Below are positions 27,839-37,076 of a DNA stretch of 64,000 bases, one piece after another (the first letter of the stretch is position 1; the number at the start of each line of letters is the position of its first letter). The position numbers and the translations under genes are program-made. Source of the DNA: Candidatus Omnitrophota bacterium (GTDB lineage: Bacteria; Omnitrophota; Gorgyraeia; B26-G9); assembly GCA_043806135.1 (NCBI GenBank), contig JAZDHG010000009.1, forward strand, positions 430 through 64,429. Direction: 5' to 3'. The notes beneath the pieces were generated by a model. It was not told where the DNA came from, did no database searches, and worked only from the letters and a program-made list of their open reading frames with translations.

Positions 27839-28513
27839 ATGAGCATGATTATTGCTATAGATGGGCCTGCGGGCGCGGGCAAAAGTACGATCGCAAAACT
27901 GCTGGCTGAAAAATTGGGCGTTCTTTATGTAGATACAGGTGCTATGTACAGGGCACTGACATTAAAAGTGCTTCGTCTTAATGCTGACTTTAAGGACACG
28001 GAAAAACTTATTAAGATCGCATTTGATACCGATATAAAACTAAAAAAAAGCAAAGATCACAATACCATTGTCCTGCTTGACGGTGAGGATGTGACCGCGC
28101 CTATCAGAAAGCCTGAAGTGACTAATTCTGTGTTTCATGTGGCGAGCATATCCCCCATACGTAACTTGATGGTGAAATTTCAAAGAGAGTATGCCCATAT
28201 CGACAATATTGTGATGGAAGGCAGAGATATCGGAACGGTGGTTTTTCCCAAGGCGCAAAGAAAGTTTTATCTTGACGCCAAGGCAATAATTCGCGCACGC
28301 AGACGCAAGCTTGAACTTGAGCAAAAAGGCATTGAGATAGATATCGAAGATATAGTCAAACAGATTAAAGACAGAGACGCAAAAGATAAAGCGCGCAAAT
28401 GCGGGCCGCTTAAAAAAGCGGAAGACGCGGTTTATATCGATACTTCAAACATGAACATTCCGGAGGTTGTAAATTGCCTGTTTACGTATATAAAAGATGA
28501 AAAAAAGAAATAA
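27839..28513 (+). CDS. cmk: Cytidylate kinase
   Basis: IAIDGPAGAGKST P-loop and the YVDTGAMYR motif. Confidence 0.9.
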   Translation: MSMIIAIDGPAGAGKSTIAKLLAEKLGVLYVDTGAMYRALTLKVLRLNADFKDTEKLIKIAFDTDIKLKKSKDHNTIVLLDGEDVTAPIRKPEVTNSVFHVASISPIRNLMVKFQREYAHIDNIVMEGRDIGTVVFPKAQRKFYLDAKAIIRARRRKLELEQKGIEIDIEDIVKQIKDRDAKDKARKCGPLKKAEDAVYIDTSNMNIPEVVNCLFTYIKDEKKK

Positions 28514-29132
28514 TTTCTATATATTCTGCCGTTTTCTGCTTTTTGTAACATTTAAAATGCTGTTTTTCTTTAAATCCAGCGGTAAAGAATATCTTCCCAA
28601 AAACGGCGGCTGTATCATTGCTTCAAATCATTTGAGTTATCTTGACCCTATTGTGCTCAGCATTGCCAGTCCCCGAATCTTAAGCTTCATGGCCAAGCAG
28701 GAATTATTTAAAAACCCGATTTTTTCAAAGCTGATAACCGCATTGAATTCTTTTCCGCTTGAGCGCGGAAGCGCGGATCTCAAGTCAATACGTTTTGCCA
28801 TAAATAAGCTAAAAGATGAAGGTACTTTGATAATTTTCCCTGAGGGAACGCGCAGTGTCAGCGGTCAGATCAATGAGGGACAGGCCGGAGTAAGTATGCT
28901 TGCGGCAAAGGCCAAAGTGCCGGTAATACCCACTTTGATTAAAGGCACGGATATAGCTCTGGCTGTTGGTTCTAAAAAGATCAGGTTGTTTGTGCCTTTA
29001 AGCGTTCATTTCGGTAAACCTCTATATTTTACTTCAGGATCAGACAAGGATAAGTTAAAAGAGGAATATTATCAATTTTCCCGGGATATTATTGCTGAAA
29101 TCCAAAAGCTAAAAAGTGCTTGTAAAGCATAG
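28497..29132 (+). CDS. plsC: 1-acyl-sn-glycerol-3-phosphate acyltransferase
   Basis: NHLSYLD (HX4D) and FPEGTRS motifs. Confidence 0.85.
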   Translation: MKKRNNFYIFCRFLLFVTFKMLFFFKSSGKEYLPKNGGCIIASNHLSYLDPIVLSIASPRILSFMAKQELFKNPIFSKLITALNSFPLERGSADLKSIRFAINKLKDEGTLIIFPEGTRSVSGQINEGQAGVSMLAAKAKVPVIPTLIKGTDIALAVGSKKIRLFVPLSVHFGKPLYFTSGSDKDKLKEEYYQFSRDIIAEIQKLKSACKA

Positions 29133-29344
29133 AATAATTTGTTATACTTTAACAATCAATTTTGAACTCAAAATAGTCTGAAACAGTGTATACAGACGCT
29201 TGAGTTCCTAAAACCCAGACTCAAAGAACTTAAATTGAGTCTGGAAAAAAGGAGATCAAAAAAAGCAGTTATTGATTTCCTGCTATGGCTGTTATTCGTT
29301 GAAATATTGGCCATATGTATAATGAAAAGGAGGTAGTTAATGCG

Positions 29345-30952
29345 ATGTCACGAAAAAAAAGAAAATTTTCCAACTTGGATGAGCTAGGGCAAAATAAGGA
29401 TAGTGTTTTTGCAAAGGAACTTGAGGCGTTTTCTAATCAGGCTCCGATAATATTAAAGGAAGGTGAAATAATTAGCGGTAAAATAGTCGGTATTACAGGC
29501 AAAGAGGTGCTTGTTGATATTGGCTACAAGTCTGAAGGTATCCTCACCGTCGATGAATTTGATGATCCCTCCGAAATCAAGATCGATGCTCCAATTGATG
29601 TTTTGCTTGAGACCAAAGAAGATGAAAACGGTATGGTTATTGTCTCTAAACGAAAAGCTGACAGAACTCTGGGCTGGGAAAGAATAGTCAATAATTATAA
29701 AGAAGGTGATACTATCGAGGGTAAGGTCCACCGCAAAGTCAAAGGCGGGCTTATGGTCGACATAGGACTGGATGCTTTTTTACCTGCTTCTCAGCTGTCT
29801 CTGCGCGGCGTGCATAACATTGATCAGCATCTGGGCAAGACGTATGAATTCATGATCGTAAAGGTGAATAAGCCCAGAAAGAATATCGTATTATCCCGCA
29901 GAGAGCTTTTGATGAAAGAAAGAGAAGAAAGTAAAGAGCGTCTGCTTAAAGAGATCGCCAAGGGGCAGATCAGAAGCGGCCTGGTTAAGAACATCGCGGA
30001 TTTTGGTGTTTTTATTGATTTGGGCGGAGTTGACGGACTTCTGCACATTACTGATATGAGTTGGGGACGTATTTCTCATCCATCTGAATTGGTCGCTATC
30101 GGGGATACAATTGAAGTGAAAATTCTTGATATTGATACAGAAAGTAATAAGATTTCGCTCGGGTTAAAACAGAAAAGCGCAAGTCCCTGGACCGGAATTG
30201 ATGCAAAATATCCTGTAGGGGAAAAGATAAAAGGAAAGGTTGTTAATATCGTTCCTTACGGCGCGTTTATAGAGCTGGAAAAAGGTGTCGAGGGATTAAT
30301 CCATATTTCTGAGTTCTCCTGGACAAGACGCATATCTCATCCATCGGAAATTCTGGCTATTGGTGATATTGTGGAAGCCGTAGTGCTCAACCTGGACATA
30401 GACAATCAGAAGATAGCTCTTGGCATTAAACAGACAGAAAACGATCCATGGCAGGGAATAAGCGGCAAGTATGCCTCAGGCTCAAAAGTCAAAGGACGGG
30501 TTAGAAACCTGACTGATTACGGCGCATTTGTTGAGCTGGAAGAGGGTATTGACGGATTGGTCCATATCTCTGATATGTCCTGGACAAAGAAGATCAATAA
30601 TCCTTCTGATTTTCTTAAAAAAGGCCAGAAACTCGAGGTTGTGATTCTTATTGTTGATGAGGTAAACCATAAGATATCTCTTGGCTTAAAGCAGCTGAGC
30701 GAAGATCCATGGCCAAAGATCGCAGAACGTTATACTCTTGATATGCCGGTGGAAGGCCATATAACAAAAGTTACTACTTTCGGTATTTTTGTGGAAATTG
30801 ATAATGAACTGGAAGGCCTTGTGCATGTGACTGAAATCAACGTGGAACCGACAATGAAACTCGAAGACAGCTTCAAGGTGGGAGACAAGGTCAGTGCTAA
30901 GGTTATCAAGGTTGATAACGAACAAAGAAAGATAGGCCTGAGCATGAAATAA
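29345..30952 (+). CDS. rpsA: 30S ribosomal protein S1
   Basis: Six tandem S1 domains; AGGAGG SD upstream. Confidence 0.9.
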   Translation: MSRKKRKFSNLDELGQNKDSVFAKELEAFSNQAPIILKEGEIISGKIVGITGKEVLVDIGYKSEGILTVDEFDDPSEIKIDAPIDVLLETKEDENGMVIVSKRKADRTLGWERIVNNYKEGDTIEGKVHRKVKGGLMVDIGLDAFLPASQLSLRGVHNIDQHLGKTYEFMIVKVNKPRKNIVLSRRELLMKEREESKERLLKEIAKGQIRSGLVKNIADFGVFIDLGGVDGLLHITDMSWGRISHPSELVAIGDTIEVKILDIDTESNKISLGLKQKSASPWTGIDAKYPVGEKIKGKVVNIVPYGAFIELEKGVEGLIHISEFSWTRRISHPSEILAIGDIVEAVVLNLDIDNQKIALGIKQTENDPWQGISGKYASGSKVKGRVRNLTDYGAFVELEEGIDGLVHISDMSWTKKINNPSDFLKKGQKLEVVILIVDEVNHKISLGLKQLSEDPWPKIAERYTLDMPVEGHITKVTTFGIFVEIDNELEGLVHVTEINVEPTMKLEDSFKVGDKVSAKVIKVDNEQRKIGLSMK

Positions 30953-30980
30953 CGTTTACGAGCCATAGAGTAAATATAAA

Positions 30981-31009
30981 GCGGGTGGATAAAACCACCC
31001 GCTTTTTTT
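30981..31009 (+). terminator. Rho-independent terminator after rpsA
   Basis: GCGGGTGG-ataaaa-CCACCCGC then TTTTTTT. Confidence 0.75.
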
Positions 31010-31058
31010 GTTATCAGTTAGTTTATTTAAAAAATTTCTGGCACATGTTTGAAACAGT

Positions 31059-31216
31059 GGCTGTGCTCCGCCGCAGCGGACAGGCTGCCCCTTAGCCCCC
31101 AGCCTTCCCCCGCACCAGAAAGACGGAGTCTTACGGTGCAGGGTAAAATTTCCTTTGTTAAATTAAGAAACCATGCCATGTATCGAGCTTTGCTCTGGTG
31201 CATGGGAATCAAAGCT
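31059..31216 (+). repeat. Repeat family B copy 1 (structured ~150-nt element)
   Basis: Conserved with 54792-54949 and 62848-62980. Internal hairpins GCACC-AGA-AAGAC-GGA-GTCTT-AC-GGTGC and CCATGTA...TRCATGG. Confidence 0.7.
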
Positions 31217-31469
31217 CCCGATACAGAGCATACGGGATAAATTCGACCATGTAACTTACCTCAATAATTCTGTAAGTTACGGTCTCATTTTAAAACCGCC
31301 CCTGAGAAATGTACACTTATTTTCTAATGGTTTAGGCTCACTGACTCTCCGCCTTTGGCGGATCGCCTCCGAAAAAGCAGTCCTGCCTTACGGCGCTACA
31401 ACATCGTGTTTGCGTCCAGCCACCTAAAACAAAGAAATATATGCTAAAAATTCCAAAAGGGGATAAGAA

Positions 31470-31610
31470 AAATATTACTGTTTTTTGACGCAATACGCAA
31501 CTCACAATTCATAACTAATTTCGCGACTTTTTACTTTTACCTTTTTACTTTTTACTTAGAATTGCGTCCATCTTCCTTCGGGTTTTTACGCAATACACAA
31601 TCCGCGATAC
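31470..31610 (-). repeat. Repeat family C fragment (inverted relative to the 47760-47900 copy)
   Basis: ctttttacttttacctttttac and the gaattgcgtccatcttcc blocks match the reverse complement of 47790-47895; tandem tacgcaa motifs. Confidence 0.45.
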
Positions 31611-31626
31611 GCAATTCTGCTTCCAA

Positions 31627-32157
31627 TTATTTTCTATCGAAAAAGATATTCTTGCCAGTCGCTGATAGGGGAATTGCCAGGGCAGTCTTCACCCCTTTAT
31701 CCTTAAAAAGATCGATGTTTAAAGCCGCTTTTCCAGCAGAATACATTATTCTATTATCTATTCTGAAATCACTGGCAATACTTACCGCTGAGCCCGTGGC
31801 AATGCCCAGATCAATGGAATTAAAAGCGCAGATGCCTTTGGCTTTTGTTAGAGCAGCGCAGTCTTTATAGCCGCAAAAACCGCAGTATGTCAGGCCTATA
31901 GCGCCTGTCTTTGTGCCGATGAGCAGAATCGCGCCTGCATGTCTTAAATTTTCCGCGTCTCTTTTAAATCCGGGCTTATTATGCTTTTTGGCCGCTTCAT
32001 TCATGGCCTTGATAAGTTTTGATTTTTCCTTTTCCGTGCTGATTATCAGTGTTTTGATATTATCAACGCCTCTGACTTTTGGAGCCGTACGTGCTGCTGC
32101 GGCCATAAAACCGGCTATTTGCATAAGAGCGTTTTTTTCCGCTTGCGAGTTTTTCAT
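31627..32157 (-). CDS. Hypothetical protein with conserved CGFCGYKDC motif (possibly DUF2148-like)
   Basis: 176-aa ORF on the minus strand with a Cys-rich motif; family assignment from memory only. Confidence 0.35.
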   Translation of the reverse strand: MKNSQAEKNALMQIAGFMAAAARTAPKVRGVDNIKTLIISTEKEKSKLIKAMNEAAKKHNKPGFKRDAENLRHAGAILLIGTKTGAIGLTYCGFCGYKDCAALTKAKGICAFNSIDLGIATGSAVSIASDFRIDNRIMYSAGKAALNIDLFKDKGVKTALAIPLSATGKNIFFDRK

Positions 32158-32214
32158 TATATCTCCTCCTTTTCCAAAATTGTAACAGCCTCGTGTTAGG
32201 ATGTCAAGGGTACC

Positions 32215-32243
32215 AAAAACCCCACCCCCGGTGTGGGGTTTTT
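32215..32243. terminator. Bidirectional terminator-like hairpin (A-tract / GC stem / T-tract), copy 1
   Basis: AAAAACCCCACCCCCGGTGTGGGGTTTTT. Confidence 0.55.
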
Positions 32244-32392
32244 GAGGTTAACCATCGACTATTAGCTATTAACCGTCGTCCATAGCCTACAAAGCTTGTT
32301 GACAGGTATGGTTTGAGGATGTACTATATTTTTTGGGTTAAATGTGGGCGAATGGGCTGTACCGATAAAACAGTGTTTAAAGGAAAGAAACA

Positions 32393-32965
32393 ATGGTTAA
32401 AATTAAAGAATTAAGTGAAATTGCAATTGCTATAGATACTTGGAACGATATTTTTTCCGATTTTGATCCCAGGCCTTTGAGCGAACGGATTCTTTCTGAA
32501 GATTTTATTATTGAACTAAAACAGCGTTATCGGGAAGCAAATAAAGGGGATCTTATTGTGATAATTTGCGCTCCGCAATCTCTTGAGGACAAAAAGTCGG
32601 AACGCACAGTCTCTAAGAGATTAAAACGCCATTTCCTGCACAGAGCTTTAATGCGAAGAAAAGAAAATAATCGTATTCGCATCCGGGGCATTGTATTTGT
32701 GCTGTGCGGTATTTGTTTTCTTACCTTTTTAACCCTGGCTGCCTATTATAAGTGGTTTAATGATTTAGCGATAAATATTATGAGTATTATAGTGATGCCT
32801 TTAGGATGGTTTGGTATATGGGAAGGATTTTCTAAGATTGTAGATATTTCATCCTCATTTATCCAAGAAGAAAGGTTTTATAATAAACTTAGCAAAGCGC
32901 AGTATTGTTTTACATATATCGCTGCTAATGCTGAACCAAAGCAAAGCGAAAACAAAAAAGGATGA
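32393..32965 (+). CDS. Hypothetical membrane protein
   Basis: Soluble N-terminal half followed by 2-3 TM helices; no recognisable domain. Confidence 0.4.
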   Translation: MVKIKELSEIAIAIDTWNDIFSDFDPRPLSERILSEDFIIELKQRYREANKGDLIVIICAPQSLEDKKSERTVSKRLKRHFLHRALMRRKENNRIRIRGIVFVLCGICFLTFLTLAAYYKWFNDLAINIMSIIVMPLGWFGIWEGFSKIVDISSSFIQEERFYNKLSKAQYCFTYIAANAEPKQSENKKG

Positions 32966-32977
32966 ACTTCCAATCAG

Positions 32978-33007
32978 AAAAACCCCACCCCCGGGGTGGG
33001 GTTTTTG
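32978..33007. terminator. Bidirectional terminator-like hairpin, copy 2 (nearly identical to 32215-32243)
   Basis: AAAAACCCCACCCCCGGGGTGGGGTTTTTGG. Confidence 0.55.
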
Positions 33008-33272
33008 GTGATCCCTCTCAAACTGAGGACAGGTGAATGATTAAGCTGCAGCATGTTTAACATATTGATATATTGGGTGTATTTTGGGGTAAGTTCAAAT
33101 TGTAACTTATGTTCCCGGTTTATTTTGTTAACTATGTTACCAGTTTTTACCCAAGATTGGATTGCATAGGTTCAATCTCTTTTTTATTCCCCTTTTTAGC
33201 TCGACAAATTGTTTAGAGAATATTATAATTAACACAGAGGCAAAAAGGGGAGAGACGTAGAAAAAACAACCA

Positions 33273-33734
33273 ATGATTCATGATTCTTTAAAAAATTTTA
33301 ATGATTACATAAATGTGCATCCGTGGTTTAAGCAGGTGTCCAGCTATCTGGAGGGCGGGATCGCGGATATTGCCGTGGGCAGGTATGCTGTCGGCGACGG
33401 GGTTATCGCTTTGGTGAGTGAGTATAACTCAAAAGATATAGGCGTTGGTTATATCGAGGGGCATCGTACGTATATTGATATCCAGATAATGTTAAACGGT
33501 ACGGAAAAGATCGGAGTTTGTAATATCGATGACTGTAAAAAAGAACCTTATGATCTGGAAAAAGATTTACAGAAGATGACCGGAGCCGTGGATTTTTTTA
33601 CCTTAAAACCCGGCTATTTTGCCGTGTTTTTCCCCCAGGACGGACACATGCCCCAGATCAAGGCCGGGCAAAAAAGCGAGCATGTGAAAAAGATGGTGAT
33701 CAAAGTGGAAATTACCGGCAAGCAAGATCATTAG
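33273..33734 (+). CDS. YhcH/YjgK/YiaL (DUF386) family protein
   Basis: YIDIQIMLNGTEKIGV and LKPGYFAVFFPQDGHMP...VKKMVIKVEI line up with E. coli YhcH motifs. Confidence 0.7.
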   Translation: MIHDSLKNFNDYINVHPWFKQVSSYLEGGIADIAVGRYAVGDGVIALVSEYNSKDIGVGYIEGHRTYIDIQIMLNGTEKIGVCNIDDCKKEPYDLEKDLQKMTGAVDFFTLKPGYFAVFFPQDGHMPQIKAGQKSEHVKKMVIKVEITGKQDH

Positions 33735-33768
33735 GCTTTATTGCTGCTCTTAAGGAAGGAAAATAGTC

Positions 33769-35682
33769 TTGCGAAATGAGAAAAAAATCGCTCTCCCTTT
33801 TCCCTCTGGGTATCTTATAGTATGTATCTTAACAAACCTTTTTTTTCTAAATGTCTGTTTTGCTCAGCAGTTTTGCCCTTCAGAACATCCGGCCCAAATA
33901 AGGATGGGAGTAAGGGGGGCAAACAGCCGGGATAATGTATGGGGATACACAGATATTTTCTTTCCAGTTTATAATAACAGAGACTCTATACTCTATGGAG
34001 CAAGTGATTTTCTGATCTTCCTTAATCCAAAGATCACTATGACTGATTTCTCCACCGATGAAGAAAATTTTGGTGCAGGCTTTCGATATCTGGCCTCAGA
34101 TTTATTATTTGAACAAGGTATTATTTTTGGTTGTAATGTTTATTATGATACAGCTTACAGTGAAAACGGATGCCGCCATACCCAGATTGGTTTAGGAGTA
34201 GAATTTTTGTCACAAGTTCTGGATTTAAGGACTAATTATTATTTACCAGCCTCAGATAAGCAAATCGCAGATCATTATTATGACTTTGCCCAGAGAAGTC
34301 TCAGCCAATATTTTAAAGAAGAGGAGTCATTGCGGGGATATGATGCGGAAATAGGGATTCCCGTTCCAATACTAAGCAGTATTATCGAAACATGGGTTTA
34401 TGGAGGCGGGTACTGGTATAATTCAACGATCAGCGAAAATATAGAAGGATTAAAAGCAAGGATACAAATAAACCCTGCGCCGCTGATAACATTCAGCGCT
34501 GAAGTTAAAGATGATAATGTGTTTGGAAGTGATACTTTTGTCGGCGGGTTTGTTAGTCTGCCATTTGACTTTGGTAATTTATTGCAACGCAAAAATCCGT
34601 TTGAAGGATGGCAGGAGGCAGCAAAATTTCAAAGAGGAAAAAGATCTTTAGCTCAACGTATGACAGAACCGGTAATAAGAGATATAAATATTATCACAAC
34701 TGCTAAGACTCGTTCAGAAAAAGCACATGATATGATCTTTGTCGATAACTCTAACGTTGCGGACAGCCTTGAAGACGGCTCATTGGATCACCCGCATAAT
34801 ACATTATCTGAAGCTTTTTCAAATTCTATTTATGAAGAAGGGGTTTGGATATATGTAAATAGTGGTGATGGCAGCAGCACTGGCTATACGGGGAATTTTA
34901 CGCTTGTAAATAGAGTTGTTGTTTGGGGACAGGGGTATCAATATCTTAATTTAGGCGGAGGGGATTATCCGAAAATAGATGGCGGCGGAGCAGGTAATGT
35001 TTTCACTTTGGGAAATGACAATACTATAATGGGCTTACAAATACAGAATGGAGACGAAGGGATTTACGGGAAAAATATAACCAGCACTGAAATAAGGAAT
35101 AATGTTATTACCAATAATATCGGAGATGGAATTCATCTGGAAACAGATAGTACATATAATTTATCTGCTCAAATCTCAGGCAATACGATCGATAGTAATA
35201 TTGCTAATGGGGTAGTTATATGGAGTGAGGATTCAAGTCTTATATCTGCTGCCTTCACTCAAAATACGATTGATGATAATGGTGGTACTGGAATTTACCA
35301 TTGGAGTGGGGATTCAAGTACCATTAACACAACTTTTTCGGGAAATACAATTAGCAGTAACGGAGGCAGCGGAATTTATCTGCAAAGCAATACAAGTAGT
35401 GTGTTAACGAGTTCTCTTTCAAGAAATAAAATATACGCAAATGCCTTAGACGGAGTTTATTTGTCGGATTTAGGCAGCAGCATTCTGACTTTGGATATGG
35501 GAAACGGTGCCCGGGGTTGCGGAGGGTATAATTCGGTCTATAGTAATGGCGATAGAGACGTAGATAATGATACGGCACTTACGGTAAAAGCTGAAAATAA
35601 CTGGTGGGGGCCAGCATTAAGTTCTACGCAATTTGGAGGTGATGTGGATTATAATCCTTATTTAAGTTCCGATCCTAATTAG
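33769..35682 (+). CDS. Secreted right-handed parallel beta-helix repeat protein (possible adhesin; N-terminal beta-barrel-like region)
   Basis: Signal peptide (cleavage after CFA); C-terminal half has tandem approximately 22-residue repeats (NNVITNNIGDGIHL, GNTIDSNIANGVVIW, GNTISSNGGSGIYL...) typical of beta-helices. Confidence 0.55.
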   Translation: MRNEKKIALPFPSGYLIVCILTNLFFLNVCFAQQFCPSEHPAQIRMGVRGANSRDNVWGYTDIFFPVYNNRDSILYGASDFLIFLNPKITMTDFSTDEENFGAGFRYLASDLLFEQGIIFGCNVYYDTAYSENGCRHTQIGLGVEFLSQVLDLRTNYYLPASDKQIADHYYDFAQRSLSQYFKEEESLRGYDAEIGIPVPILSSIIETWVYGGGYWYNSTISENIEGLKARIQINPAPLITFSAEVKDDNVFGSDTFVGGFVSLPFDFGNLLQRKNPFEGWQEAAKFQRGKRSLAQRMTEPVIRDINIITTAKTRSEKAHDMIFVDNSNVADSLEDGSLDHPHNTLSEAFSNSIYEEGVWIYVNSGDGSSTGYTGNFTLVNRVVVWGQGYQYLNLGGGDYPKIDGGGAGNVFTLGNDNTIMGLQIQNGDEGIYGKNITSTEIRNNVITNNIGDGIHLETDSTYNLSAQISGNTIDSNIANGVVIWSEDSSLISAAFTQNTIDDNGGTGIYHWSGDSSTINTTFSGNTISSNGGSGIYLQSNTSSVLTSSLSRNKIYANALDGVYLSDLGSSILTLDMGNGARGCGGYNSVYSNGDRDVDNDTALTVKAENNWWGPALSSTQFGGDVDYNPYLSSDPN

Positions 35683-35700
35683 TATACATAACAAAATCAA

Positions 35701-35729
35701 AAGATTGAACCGCGCAGGTTCAATCTTTT
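35701..35729 (+). terminator. Rho-independent terminator
   Basis: AGATTGAACC-gcgca-GGTTCAATCT then TTTT. Confidence 0.7.
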
Positions 35730-35785
35730 CCTCTGTCGACTATTGACCATCGACCATGAGCGATTGACTATCGACGGAAACCTGA

Positions 35786-35814
35786 TTGACAACCTGAAGA
35801 GTCTATGTTATTAT
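35786..35814 (+). promoter_or_regulatory. Sigma70-like promoter upstream of tyrS (TTGACA-N17-TATTAT), preceded by CGACTATTGACCAT-type repeats
   Basis: TTGACA 35786-35791, TATTAT 35809-35814. The repeated gactattgaccatcgacc / gattgactatcgac motifs also occur upstream of tgt (48300-48340). Confidence 0.45.
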
Positions 35815-35834
35815 ACGCAAAAAGGTAAGGTGAA

Positions 35835-37076
35835 ATGAAGTTTAAGCCGGTTAATGAACAATTAGAGATAATTAAACGCGGGGCGGTTGAGCTTATATCA
35901 GAGCAGGAGCTCACAAAAAAACTGCAGAAATCTTTTGAGACAGGGAAGCCGCTTATTATAAAAGCAGGTTTTGATCCCAGTGCTCCGGATATTCATTTGG
36001 GCCATACTGTATTGCTTCGTAAGCTCAAACAGTTTCAGGACCTCGGCCATGAAATAAAATTCCTAATCGGTGATTTTACAGGCATGATCGGAGACCCTTC
36101 CGGGAAATCCGAGATCAGAAAACAGCTTACCCGAGAGGAAGTCAGCGTTAATAGCAAAACCTATCAGCTGCAGGTCAGCAAAGTCCTAAAAAAAGAGATC
36201 AATCCTGTGTTTAATAGCCACTGGTTCGAAAAATTCACGCCTTATGAATTTCTGCGCCTGAGCGCGCATCTAACGGTTGCCCAGATGCTGGCTAGAGATG
36301 ATTTTAAACAGCGTTATGCCAAAGGTCAGGATATCAGTATTCTGGAATTCATGTATCCGCTGCTTCAGGGATATGATAGCGTGGAATTAAAGGCAGATGT
36401 GGAGCTTGGCGGTACGGACCAGAAGTTCAATCTGCTGGTAGGCAGGCAGATGCAGAAAGACTGCAATGTGCCGCAGCAGTGCGTGCTCATGATGCCGCTG
36501 CTTGAAGGGCTGGACGGGGTGCAGAAAATGAGCAAAAGCCTTGATAATTATGTGGGAATTAATGAGCCGGCGGATGTGATGTATGGGAAAATAATGTCTA
36601 TATCTGATGAGCTGATGTACCGCTATTATGAACTGCTTACTGATGTACCGCTTGCACAGATAAAAAAATATAAGAGCGATATCGCCTTAGGAAAACTGCA
36701 TCCTAAAAAATGCAAAGAGGATCTCGCGCTTCTTATAACCAAATGTTATTATAGCGCGGATGAGGCACAAAAAGCAGGCCAGACCTTTAATAGCCGCTTC
36801 AGCGGCGGCACGAACTGGGACGATACGGATAACTTTGAGAGTGTTTTTATTAAGAGATCACAATGGCAAGACGGTAAACTTTGGGTATGCAAAATACTCA
36901 CTTTGACCGGAGCGTGTAAAAGTAATTCTGATGCCAGGCGTCTTATTCAGCAAAAAGCAGTTGTTTTAAACGGCAAGACTTTAACCGATGCTAACCTTGA
37001 ACTTCCCGTGCCGGAAAAAGAATATCTTCTTAAGGCCGGGAAAAAGAAATTTGTCCGAATATTAGTGGATGGATAA
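35835..37076 (+). CDS. tyrS: Tyrosyl-tRNA synthetase
   Basis: HLGH (HIGH) motif, KMSKS, C-terminal S4 domain. Confidence 0.9.
   Translation: MKFKPVNEQLEIIKRGAVELISEQELTKKLQKSFETGKPLIIKAGFDPSAPDIHLGHTVLLRKLKQFQDLGHEIKFLIGDFTGMIGDPSGKSEIRKQLTREEVSVNSKTYQLQVSKVLKKEINPVFNSHWFEKFTPYEFLRLSAHLTVAQMLARDDFKQRYAKGQDISILEFMYPLLQGYDSVELKADVELGGTDQKFNLLVGRQMQKDCNVPQQCVLMMPLLEGLDGVQKMSKSLDNYVGINEPADVMYGKIMSISDELMYRYYELLTDVPLAQIKKYKSDIALGKLHPKKCKEDLALLITKCYYSADEAQKAGQTFNSRFSGGTNWDDTDNFESVFIKRSQWQDGKLWVCKILTLTGACKSNSDARRLIQQKAVVLNGKTLTDANLELPVPEKEYLLKAGKKKFVRILVDG

Noticed and set aside
31038-31056. TGGCAC at 31040 as a second sigma54 promoter
   Set aside because: The -12 element is TTGA without the essential GC, and the site lies at the edge of a repeat element with no downstream gene.
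31027-31212. 60-aa ORFs (MIPMHQSKARYMAWFLN..., MLPMYQSKSRYMAWFLN..., and the + strand MPCIELCSG... ORFs) inside family B repeat copies
   Set aside because: Both strands are open and the inter-copy differences are mostly nonsynonymous, so the conservation is nucleotide-level rather than coding.
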